Notes under the pieces: generated by a model | Databases searched by the model: none | The model's input: only the letters and a program-made list of their open reading frames with translations | Told to the model about the DNA's origin: nothing | Origin: Bilabrum cf. latius | Lineage: Eukaryota | NCBI GenBank assembly: GCA_965178125.1 | Contig: OZ237754.1 | Span: 248,001-312,000 of the forward strand | Direction: 5' to 3' | DNA: 64,000 nt | Part shown: in pieces, positions 1 through 11,365 of the stretch | Layout of the letters: every line of letters begins with the position of its first letter | Position numbering within the stretch: the first letter of the stretch is position 1 | Made by a program: the position numbers and the translations under genes

Positions 1-131
1 TGCGTGTGACGCGGAGCCAAACAAAGGGCAACTGCAGTTGCGACCAAATTTCTGATTATCTATATCAACACGTTACTATGTCTTTGGTGACCGTTTGTGG
101 TAGGCAGTACTAGATTTGAATTCAACACACG

Positions 132-1163
132 ATGGCATCTATTGCAGACTCGTCGCTTGGATCAACTGCGTTGTCAGATATATACGAATCGGATTAGGAG
201 AGCTTGCACGGAATTATCACCGTCATCAAGAAGTCAGGGCAAGATGGAGGTTCATTCGAGATGGACCAGGACAGCATCCTGATTGGGCGGTAAGTTCAGT
301 ATCCTAATCGGACGTATCTCGTGTACAGCTATTTATCAATATCATGATAATAGTTGGCTGCCAGAATTTGCTATATATACCATGAATGTGCTGTTCAGGT
401 TGCCAGAACAGTCCACCACACCGCGTGGCTCTTGTGCTCTTGACTGCCTTTCGCAGGTCTGAAGACGCCAACATTCGCATTCGGGCCCCTACAATCTCCA
501 GGTCTCATGCGAGTCTTACCGTGGGGTCAAATGGCGCTGTTTGGATCAGGAACTTGTCGAAAACGAAGGCAGTGCACGTGAACGACGAGAAGTTCGGCGC
601 AGACGGCCAACGACCCCTTCGCCAGGGTGATATCTTCAGCGTAGGGGACAGGAAGTTCCGCTTTGATTATCGTGAGATATTGTCATGAGTTTGAGTGGGG
701 TAGCTGAGATCAGGTACATCAGACTACTCCTGATCATCGCGCAGCGTCACGTGACAGAACCCCATCCATGCTCTCTTTCTTGAGCTCGCAGCAGAGGACA
801 TGGAAGGAAGCGAGGCCGGCCCTACCGGTACCTTCCGCCCTCCAAAAGCCCCCAAGATGACCCGCTTCGAGGAGGGCGAGCCCACCATCGATCTCGCCGC
901 GCAGGCCGGCGGACACGACGCACTGCGGAACGCCACCGCGGCGGCAAACCGCAGGAAGAGCCTTCCCTCCGGCGAGAAGCGCATGCCCACTGTGCGTACG
1001 CCCGGCCCTGTCGCCGCGAGGGCCGCTCTCGCGAGCCAGGCTCCCATGGAGGAGGACGAGGAAGAGTCGGGGCAGGGGCAGGGGAGCGGCTAGGGAGTGT
1101 CACAGCTCCGGCCCACGCCCGCCTCCGCGAAAAGGCAGCTGGTCATGGCGTCATCATCATCAG

Positions 1164-1194
<31 letters not shown>

Positions 1195-4100
1195 AGCAGG
1201 CACCTCTGTGGAACCCGCGATGGAGGAACAGTCGGAGGTACAGCGCGATCTGCAGCGAGAAGACGTCAAGGATGAGGATGAGGATGAGGAAGGCTCCGCC
1301 CCGGCCGCCCGCCGTGAATCTTTTTCTCGCAGCAAGTCGCAGATGGTAAGGCTGAGGGAACTTTCCAAGGCCTCCCAGGTGAGTTCAATGGAATCTAGTG
1401 CACCAAAGTGCAATTCAGTGACATTGTATGGCACGTTTGCCTTGGACCCACACAGGAATCGCTTGCGCTACGGTTCTGCGTTTAAAGCCAATTCCGAATC
1501 GAATCGAAGTAACCGACTGTCTATTGGACCTGTTCGCTATCCGCAGATCGCAAGGCAGGCTGAGATGGAGGCCGCAAGCAGCACCGAAGACAAGGCCGTT
1601 GAGACGGCGCTGGCCCGCCAGGGGGTTCCAACCCCGATCCGTCGGGCCATCCACAAGAGGAGAATCAGCGCAGGCAGAGACATCGCCCCGCACATGGAGG
1701 CTGCCGCTGCTGCTGCTGCTGCTTCATCGTCGTCGTCGTCGGCCCAGGGCGCAGCGCGCACAGTGCCTGTCAAGGTCGTGGTGGACAACACCTCGGCTGC
1801 CTCTACAGGAGGCAGGTCGGGCGAGGAGGCGCCGCCCATGCGAATGCCCAGGGCGCTGCCCACCCCGGTCCGCAAGGCAATCAAAAAGAGGCGGAAGAGC
1901 TCGGGAGGAAGCACCGCACCCGCCGCCGCCAGCATGTCGCAAGAGTCAAGCGGTAAATCCGCCGCCGGCAGCAGCATCCCCACCCGAATGGCGCTGCCTA
2001 CTCCGGTCCGGCGTGCCATCCAGAAGAGGCGCCCTGCCGTGAGTCCCGCGCAGCCCCAGGCAGCCATGGAAGGGATCAGAACGGCCGGTTCTTCCTCTTC
2101 GGCTGGGCAGCCCCGCAAGGCTCTGCCCACGCCCTTGCGCAAGGCAATCAAGAGCAAGCGAAGGGGCAGCACCTCCGAAGCAGCAGCTGCTGATGGGCCA
2201 ACTGCTCGTCGCGGGCTGCCCACACCTGTGCGGCGCGCCATCTAGTCGATGCGCGTGCCCAGCGCGAAGAAGGCTCCGGCATCTGCCATGATGTTGCATG
2301 ATGAAGTAGAGGACGAGGAAGCCGAAATCGACATGGCTGAGGAGGAGGAGGAGGAGGAGGAGGAGGACGAGCGCCAGCCCATGCGACGCGCGCTACCCAC
2401 TCCAATGCGGCGAGCCATTCAAGTTCGTCGCATCAGTGGGGCAACGTAGCAGGGCAACCGGCGGGGTGCTGCTGCTGCCCAGAGCGCACGGCCAGCACGG
2501 CGCGTGTCCTTCGCGCCTCCCAAGGTGCGCGTGTTCCAGGAATACACGAGCGATGTCTCCGCGGCGCAGTCGCCTGGGTCCGCGGCCGGCTCTGCCTCGA
2601 TGATGTCTGCTGACGGCGAGGACACGGCGGCGTTCGAGGGCTTCCGGCGCATGATGGCGGCTGCGCGTGCGGGCGAGATGGATGCTCGTCGGGAGTCTGT
2701 CGCGTTCAACGCGTACAGGGACATGATGGCTGCGATCCGTGGCGATGGGGAGGAGGACGAGGTGGCTGATGCCGGGGTGGAGATGGAGGGCGATGTGTCC
2801 ATGCAGGATGCGCCGTCCATGCGCCGGGCACTGCCCACTCCGATGCGGCGTGCGATCCAGGGACGGCGGTACAGCTCTGGCTCGTCCCGCTCGCGGCGGT
2901 CGTCGGCGGGCAGGCAGCAGCAGGCTCAGGCTCAGGCTGTGGCTGAGTCGGTGCGTCGTGGCGTGCCAACTCCTCTGCGGCGGGCGATCGAGAGCCGCCG
3001 CTTCAGCGTGGGCACGTCCAAGTCTGCGGCGCAGTCGCCTGGGTCCGCGGCTGGCTCTGCCTCGATGATGTCTGCTGACGGCGAGGACACGGCGGCGTTC
3101 GAGGGCTTCCGGCACATGATGGCGGCTGCGCGTGCGGGCGAGATGGATGCTCGTCGGGAGTCTGTCGCGTTCAACGCGTACAGGGACATGATGGCTGCGA
3201 TCCGTGGCGATGGGGAGGAGGACGAGGTGGCTGATGCCGGGGTGGAGATGGAGGGCGATGTGTCCATGCAGGATGCGCCGTCCATGCGCCGGGCACTGCC
3301 CACTCCGATGCGGCGTGCGATCCAGGGACGGCGGTACAGCTCTGGCTCGTCCCGCTCGCGGCGGTCATCGGCGGGCAGGCAGCAGCAGGCTCAGGCTCAG
3401 GCTGTGGCTGAGTCGGTGCGTCGTGGCGTGCCAACTCCTCTGCGGCGGGCGATCGAGAGCCGCCGCTTCAGCGTGGGCACGTCCAAGTCTGCGGCGCAGT
3501 CGCCTGGGTCCGCGGCTGGCTCTGCCTCGATGGTGTCTGCTGACGGCGAGGACACGGCGGCGTTCGAGGGCTTCCGGCACATGATGGCGGCTGCGCGTGC
3601 GGGCGAGATGGATGCTCGTCGGGAGTCTGTCGCGTTCAACGCGTACAGGGACATGATGGCTGCGATCCGTGGCGATGGGGAGGAGGACGAGGTGGCTGAT
3701 GCCGGCGTGGAGATGGAGGGCGATGTGTCCATGCAGGATGCGCCGTCCATGCGCCGGGCACTGCCTACTCCGATGCGGCGTGCGATCCAGGGACGGCGGT
3801 ACAGCTCTGGCTCGTCCCGCTCGCGGCGGTCATCGGCGGGCAGGCAGCAGCAGGCTCAGGCTCAGGCTGTGGCTGAGTCGGTGCATCGTGGCGTGCCAAC
3901 TCCTCTACGGCGGGCGATCGAGAGCCGCCGCTTCAGCGTGGGCACGTCCAAGTCTGCGGCGCAGTCGCCTGGGTCCGCGGCTGGCTCTGCCTCGATGATG
4001 TCTGCTGACGGCGAGGACACGGCGGCGTTCGAGGGCTTCCGGCACATGATGGCGGCTGCGCGTGCGGGCGAGATGGATGCTCGTCGGGAGTCTGTCGCGT

Positions 4101-6913
4101 TCAACGCGTACAGGGACATGATGGCTGCGATCCGTGGCGATGGGGAGGAGGACGAGGTGGCTGATGCCGGGGTGGAGATGGAGGGCGATGTGTCCATGCA
4201 GGATGCGCCGTCCATGCGCCGGGCACTGCCCACTCCGATGCGGCGTGCGATCCAGGGACGGCGGTACAGCTCTGGCTCGTCCCGCTCGCGGCGGTCGTCG
4301 GCGGGCAGGCAGCAGCAGGCTCAGGCTCAGGCTGTGGCTGAGTCGGTGCGTCGTGGCGTGCCAACTCCTCTGCGGCGGGCGATCGAGAGCCGCCGCTTCA
4401 GCGTGGGCACGTCCAAGTCTGCGGCGCAGTCGCCTGGGTCCGCGGCTGGCTCTGCCTCGATGGTGTCTGCTGACGGCGAGGACACGGCGGCGTTCGAGGG
4501 CTTCCGGCACATGATGGCGGCTGCGCGTGCGGGCGAGATGGATGCTCGTCGGGAGTCTGTCGCGTTCAACGCGTACAGGGACATGATGGCTGCGATCCGT
4601 GGCGATGGGGAGGAGGACGAGGTGGCTGATGCCGGGGTGGAGATGGAGGGCGATGTGTCCATGCAGGATGCGCCGTCCATGCGCCGGGCACTGCCTACTC
4701 CGATGCGGCGTGCGATCCAGGGACGGCGGTACAGCTCTGGCTCGTCCCGCTCGCGGCGGTCATCGGTGGGCAGCGCAGCGTCATCTGCGTCGTCGGTGCG
4801 GCCTGCCACAAGTCCGGTTGCCCCGAGCGGCATGCACGTGTATTTCGACGACAGCGGCCACTTTGTGCGAGCCGAGCCAATGGGGGAGCAGGAAGAGGCG
4901 TATGTCGCCACGATCCGCAAGCCCAGCTATGTTCCTCGGCGGCGGGCAAATGGTGTCATCAGCAGCGACATGAGCGGTTACGGTGCCGAGGAGGAGAGCC
5001 TCTTTGAGGAAGGTGACGAGATGGCCGAGGAGGAGGAGGGCTTCATGGGCGCAGATGCCGAGTGGGAGGAGGAGGGTGTGGAGGACGAGGAGATGCCCCT
5101 GGCTGGGCCCTTCGAGGAGCTGGGCCCCATCGCCAGTGCGCGGCGCCGGTCATCCGTGGGCAACCGCCACCTCTTTTTCGACACGAGCGAGTCCTCCATC
5201 GGAGAGATGAGCGGGGCGCATGACGAGTCAGGGGCCTCGATGTCCCGTTCTCGTCTCAGCAGCGCCTCGGCTGGCTCTCGCGGGTTTGCAACTGCCGAGT
5301 CGAACGACGCCGACCACACGGCCCAGTCGGCTGCCTCCGCGCTGAACGAGACAGAGGAGGACGGAGAGGATGATCACGGCAACGAAGAGGAGTATGAGGG
5401 GGAGGACAGCATTGGTATCCGGGCCGCTGCGGCGATCCAAGCAGCCCTCGCTGCCGAAAAGCGAGCGGGTCTGGGCGGACCTCGCCGGGTGTCGTCGGGC
5501 GAAATGATCCAGGACGAGGCGGATGATGATGTCGAGTGCGAGGCTGAGTACGAGGAGGAGGAAGGCATGGCCGACGACCAAGATGAGGACGAGGAGGAGA
5601 TCGCCATCGACGTGATGACACGTATCACAGAGCGAACAGTAGAGACTGACGACGAGGACACCATGGGCGTGGGTGCCGCGTCGGCCGTTGGGACTCCTGC
5701 CAGGGCGCTGATGCAGTCAGCGAGGCGGAAGTCGGTGCGGACGGGAGGACAGAAGCGCCGCAGGTCCTCCGTCGCTGGTACCGCCGCCACATCTCCGGCC
5801 GGTATCCGAGATGGGGCTCCCTCGGCCAAGAAGGCACGGACGCTCTCCTCCTCCTCCGGCAGTGGCACTCACTCGGCCGGTCGGGATGGTGAGGACCAGG
5901 ACCAGGACCACTGGTCGGTAGCCGAGCTCCAGGGGTGGACCTACGCCGCCCTCCGCAAGACGTGCAAGGAGCTCGGGCTTGGGGCGGCTGGCAAGAAGGT
6001 CGACCTGGTCGGCAGGCTGCTCGAGTTCCAGGCCGATGCCATCGATGCCATGGAGGGCGGCGACGCTGTGGAGCAGCAGGAGCACGAGGTGGCGGGCGTT
6101 GAGGACACGGCGGAGCGCGGTGCAGCCAACCAGTCAGCAGGAAGCCGTGCAGCAGCCGAGGCAGCGCCGGGTTTCGAGGACGTGCCGGGTTTCGAGGACG
6201 TGCCTCGCACCGAGGCCGAGCTGAGCAAGATGAAAGCGGTAGAGCTCCGGAAGCTATACAAGCAGGTGATGGGCAAGACCACCTCGCTGCCCAAGGCCCA
6301 AATAGTAAAGGATCTGCTCGAGTACTTGCAACCCGCGGGTACAAACGCCGTGGAGGAAGGGATCGAGAGCGAAGAGGACGAGTAGGCGGAGGCAGCATCT
6401 GACGACGGCTAGGACGAAGGGACAGCGGCCGAGGCCTCCAGCGAGTACAAGCCCGTAGATGAACTCCGCAGCAGCATGTCGTTTCGGGAGGTGCAGAAGT
6501 ACGCCAAGTCGTGCGGCGTGGCTGCACGGGGCAGCAAGGCGGTCATCATCGCGAGGTACGAGAAGTTCCTGGCCCACATGGGCACCGAGGAAGAAGAAGA
6601 AGAAGAAGAGACGGGGGAGGATGAAGTAGAGGACGTGGAGGAGGAGGGGGCAGAAAGTGACGAGAAGGACGAGGAGGGAGAAGTTGCTTGGGCCCGGCTC
6701 AAGTTTACTGAGCTGGTGGATGCTGTGGCTGAGCGAGTGAACGAGCTGGAGGATGGGACTGGGGCTGTCGTCGTCTAGCAGAAGTGGAGGCTGCGGAAGA
6801 CTGACCTAGTGCAGCTACTGTCAGACGGCTTCGGTGCCACTGCCGGCATGTCTGCCGAAGATGCCAAGGCTGCGGTGGACAGTGTGTCCAAAAGTAGCAT
6901 CATCTGGGCATGA
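132..6913 (+). CDS. Ki-67-like FHA-domain protein with PP1-docking RVxF motif, 155-aa tandem repeats and C-terminal SAP/HeH-like domains; join(132..289,457..671,792..6913), ~2164 aa with TAG=Gln
   Basis: ATG at 132. Spliced FHA reads LHGIITVIKKSGQDGGSFEMDQDSILIGR/SEDANIRIRAPTISRSHA...VNDEK...LRQGDIFSVGDRKFRFDY. Track ORFs at 800, 1097, 2249, 2504 and 6476 share one frame and are separated only by TAG (in-frame TAGs at 195, 1091, 2243, 2447, 6383, 6410, 6776). Ends at TGA 6911-6913. SAP-like motifs near 5912-6030, 6221-6325 and 6476-6570. Confidence 0.85.
290..456 (+). other. Spliceosomal intron 1 (GT-AG, 167 nt) of the FHA gene
   Basis: Donor CG|GTAAGT, pyrimidine tract and TTCGCAG acceptor. 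Splicing restores the FHA 'IGR-S' motif in frame. Confidence 0.85.
672..791 (+). other. Spliceosomal intron 2 (GT-AG, 120 nt) of the FHA gene
   Basis: Donor GTGAGA directly after the FHA end (FRFDY), CTCTCTTTCTT tract and CGCAG acceptor. Removes the in-frame TGA at 686-688 and keeps the frame into ATG 800. Confidence 0.7.
2558..4767 (+). repeat. Coding tandem repeat, 465-bp (155-aa) unit, ~4.75 near-identical copies
   Basis: GCGGCGCAGTCGCCTGGGTC recurs at 2561, 3026, 3491, 3956 and 4421 (exact 465-bp period). Copies differ by only a few SNPs. Confidence 0.97.
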
Positions 6914-7417
6914 GCTGTGACAGGAGTGCGGAGGTTAGTCACCAGGGGCGCGGGCTGTGATTTGAGAAGCATGCATGTAGGTTGAACCTGATATCGAATT
7001 TCACGGAATAAGCTCTCAACATGCAAATCCTGATGCCACACAGTAAGCACAACCTAATCTCTAAAACAATCAGACATGGCAAGACCTGACAGTGCTGTGT
7101 ATGTGCGCGACCCTTGACCGGACTGACCGGGGCTGGGAAGAGCACGTGTACACTCCGCCGAGGAGGAGGGGGTCGGGAGGGTGGGCAACAAAAATTACCC
7201 AATCCCCGCCCCTCTCCTGAACACAGAGAGGGTATGCGCGTCATCGCAAAGCAATCCATTGACATTGGTCGCACCTTCCGGTTGCGACCACCAGCGGAAC
7301 CAACGAGGCGTTCCAGCGCTCTAACCCTGATATGACATATCATACGGCGATAGGATTAAAAAGAGCAATTAGTGCACCCGCCTGCGATCCGTCCGTTCAG
7401 ATCTGAAATGCTGGGGC

Positions 7418-10400
7418 TCACACATTGCGCTTTCCTGCACCACTGGAAGGCAGTTCAACTCTGCCTGCTCCATCGAAGTACAAGCCCATGAAGGACCTAC
7501 GTGGGGCTCCGGTCACAGTCAACGACACGTTGTGCTGCTTCCCGTGGTCAGGGCCAAATCCGCACGGCACAATGTCTGCGATGAATCCATTGAGCGTGTT
7601 CGCATTGCGGCCACGGGGCGCGTTGTAGCTGGGTTCCATCGGACAATCCCGGCCATCAATCGATAGCTGAATGCTGCTGTTGAAAGAGGCCGGAACCTGT
7701 CGGTCAAAGTCCGCGAACAGAAAGAGTCGGTAAACGCCGAGCCAAGGGGCCACCAGGTCGAACGCATCCCAGGGCATCGGGTAGGTCTCATTGCGCTCAG
7801 ACATGGCAGACCACACCGCGTCAGGGATCGCGATCTAGGCCGAGCGCGACCCAGTCGTAAGTGTGGGGTCGGCCGGGAGCACAGTCTTTGACAGGGGCCA
7901 CGCAGAGCTTCCATCCATCCGTGGACCGCCAGAGGCTACCCCCACCATGGCCTCGTTCTTGGTCCTGGACACTCGCCACAGTCGTGCATCGCGCCCGTCC
8001 AGAGGCAAACCAGCCAACGACTCTCCGCAGCGCTTCGTAGCGATCAACGTGCCGTTGCGAGGCCACAGCTCGGTGACATCGAAGAGTGTGGACACAGACA
8101 CGGTGCCGCAATCAAAGCCCAGCCGTGCGTCAAGAACAAGCTCACCCGGGGTTTCGGTAGAATTCGGGGCAGGGTTGAACAGGAAGATGACCCCTTCGTT
8201 GCTCTAAATTGCGAAAGAGCCGTCTACAGAAAAACGACTCGGCTCCCCACTCGGCACGACACGGAATGCGCCTGAGCGCTGGGCTTCGGACACGGTTGCG
8301 TCGGATGGAGTTGCACCGGATAGCGGCTTGGTATGCCGGAGAAGCTGGATGTTGTCGTCTGCAAACTGCAGCATCCAACGCAGATCGGTCTGCAGCCAGG
8401 CAGGCAGCAGCTCGTACTCAAGCAGGTCTCTTGCACCCTGCTGGCAGATGACCGAGTTGAGCGGCGCGTGGGCGAGCGAGCTGAGCAGCGAGTAGCGCGA
8501 CCCAAACCAGTCAAAGTCCCTGACGACATGGTCTACCCCACGGCCAGACCCGTCAAGGCCCCGGTCGCTCTGATGGAAAGCAAAGCCGGGCATGGCGCTC
8601 GGAGGGCAGAAGAGCGCATTTGCATACAGGTAGTTCTGCCTCCGTGCTCGGTTCCCAGACATGCGGTCCGTCCTGGGATCACCGAGGAAAGCAGAAGAGC
8701 CCCACGTCTGCGCCTGCTCATCGGTCATCAGCGGCTCGGCGTATGATCCTGCCACCCACATCCACGGGCCCCATTGGTGGTTGAGTTGCCGGTTGTCGAT
8801 CACGAAGTTGGGCACAGTGGACCGCAGTACGGAGAGCACCCGCCTCCACCCCGCCCACTGCTGGTACATTGACCTCGTCGGGTCGTTCGTGAACGTGTAG
8901 TCGAAACCCGCCCCCTAGGATCCGATGAGGGCAGTGAAGTTGAGAATCTGGTCGATGAACCAGGATTGGAACGAGTCGTCTCCGATGGATGCTTCCTGCC
9001 TGCCTCCCCCAGCTGGGTGCCACCAGCTCTGGTTTCTTGCAAAGGCAAGGTTGGGATAGATATAAGGCATCACGCGCGATCCATGAGCCTTGCCGTAGTC
9101 CGAAGCAGTCGATACAGTGGGATCGACAGAGTAGCCAGGGCCTGGATACCATGTGCCCTCACGCAACTGCTCGCCGTAGCCCATCCACAGAACCTCTTCC
9201 CAGCCCCAGCTGTCCGTCGCGTTCGCGAAGGAGCTAAGCCTGGAGTTGTGCGGGGCATACAGGGTTCTTTCGACATTCCAGCCCCCGTTTCGCTCAAGAA
9301 TCCTGTGGTACTCTCCCGGCTGATACTAGTACGAATGCTGCGGGCCACCGCCGGGCGCGCGGAGACTAGTGCCGTTGTCCCATTCGACCGCCGCATCGAT
9401 CTCGAAGTCGTTCTCGGTCCAGGCCACGTTGACTGCAAGGGCACCCTCGTCGTAGAACCACCCTGCTCTGGGGGTCGCTCCGATGTACCACGGAAACGGA
9501 CATGCGTCCACCTCAGATCCCATATCGTCTGACCGTCCCAGCCTCGCCGCACGCCAACCCTCGAACCGCCGTGCAGCGGACTCTCCTGCGTGCGGCCGAT
9601 GGGGGGCGATGTAGAACGCATCGGCAGCCATCCTCATGGCATCGCGCTCGGCCAAATCGATTCTCATCGGTGACTGAGCCAGGTGCTGCATGGCTGCCGG
9701 TACGATCGCGTCGGCGTGTGCGGCGCTCAGGCTTCCGTGCGTCCCGTGCGTTTCCGACTCTGACGAGTCCCTGCCGTCTCCGTCTCTCGACTCGCTTACA
9801 TCAGACCCAACGTAGTCGTACGCAAAACCAGAGAGTGGAACCAGCGCCGTGATCGCCCTGTCGCTTGCAAACAGCGGCTCGTACCCCGCCGGCGCCGCCC
9901 CGATGGCGGCAGGAAATCCCACGCTGCCCCGGTTCAGCGAGGCACGAAGCATGGGCTCATACAAGAGCGACACGGTGACAACTGCGCTGCCTGTGCTAGA
10001 ATCATTGGCGATGCGGGTTATGGCACCGGCGTTCTGCAGTCCTACGGCCAGCGAAGTGGCGGGTTGAACGCTGCCAAGGACAAAGGGAGACGCCGAGGAG
10101 GTGAGCCGGAGGAAGGCGGCCAAGTCGCCGCCGTACTGCCGTGGGACTGCTGTGGACGCGAGGTGAAGCTGGCCTGGTGGTATAATGCCACTTCTAGCTG
10201 CTGGTTCCTCTACTAGGACGCTCCCAAGCCTGGCGCGATCTAGTACCGACACGACCGAGACAAGGTCCCATGGCGCCGTGTCCGACGCGAGCGTGGCACC
10301 GGTGGCGGATGGGCTGGGCCGCTTCTGGCGCTGGGCTACTCCAGGGGCATACGACACGAAGAGCTACTTGGTAACAAAAGACCACCCATCGCGGAGTTCG

Positions 10401-11032
10401 TACGTGGCATTGACCACGAAATCTTGGAAGCGAAACAGAAGCGAAGCCGAGTTGCTCGTGTGCCGATATGGGCCTTCCACCGACAGTTCTTCCGGTCCCA
10501 TCCACGCCGAAAGTGTCTAGTTACCAATTCCTATAATGAAACCATCGGTGACGTTGGCCAGGTCCGCGGATGCTTTGACTTGGCTGCTCCTAGGCTCGCT
10601 AGTACTGGATCTCACCTCTTGAATACCACGGCTGGCAACGCTGATGATAGCCTCAAAATTAGCATTGCCTATCACTACTGTTGATAATTCATTTGATTGG
10701 ACGGCCGGTGGGGCAACGGGTGGTTCAGAACGTCTCATTTCAGAGCATCGACAATCTGCTTCCGTTGTCGACTCCCAGAATAGCTTTCGCCAGCAATTGG
10801 CCTGCTAGATGCTGGTATCACACGATGTTCGCTGAACAACAAATCCAGCACATAGGGGATCAGCTTCACAGGACGAACCACAAGCAGAAATCGGCGGCAA
10901 CTCTGAAGGTATCTTCAAAGGACTGTATGCTTGGTCTCCATTGCGATGGTCAGAACCTGTTTCGCAGTAGAATTTGGCAGTACTGAGCTAAGCTACTGCA
11001 ATGAATAATAGACACGCGGTCTGACATATCAT
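7418..11032 (-). CDS. Secreted protein: signal peptide, PAN/Apple-like Cys domain, putative glycoside-hydrolase-like region; ~1204 aa with TAG=Gln
   Basis: ATG at 11032 (MICQTACLLFIAVA*LSTAK), then FYCETGSDHRNGD...C...C...LCAGFVV...CWRK...CRCS. Six track ORFs lie in one frame joined only by TAG (8 in total). Trp/Tyr/Asp-rich segments GFDY, VIDNRQ, WGPWMW, GVIFLFNP. Ends at TGA 7418-7420. The hydrolase call is tentative. Confidence 0.7.
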
Positions 11033-11365
11033 GCTTGCACCTATGGAAGGGGGGCGGGGACACTCAAGACTCTGATCCGAGTTGATCGATTCTGTGCTTC
11101 CCATTGAGCAGCTTTCTGCTTGTATGCAAGATGATGTGGCTTCAATGTTGTAATTTGGCAGTTCTTTACGAAGAAATCACGCAAGAATGGGTTGCAACTA
11201 ACCTGCTCGACGACAGGTGAGCCCAAGCCTCTGCGCGTGGGCGGGATCCAACAGCTACTGCAGCCGCTGTTGGGATAGCCAGTCCTGCCAATACGCAATT
11301 ATATACCAGTGTCCAAAATTAGCGTAGCTATGCCAATGCTACGGTCAGCATCAAGAGGTATGACC

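Noticed and set aside
2558-4767. CRISPR array or mobile-element repeat
   Set aside because: Head-to-tail 465-bp in-frame coding units with no unique spacers, no cas genes and no transposase.
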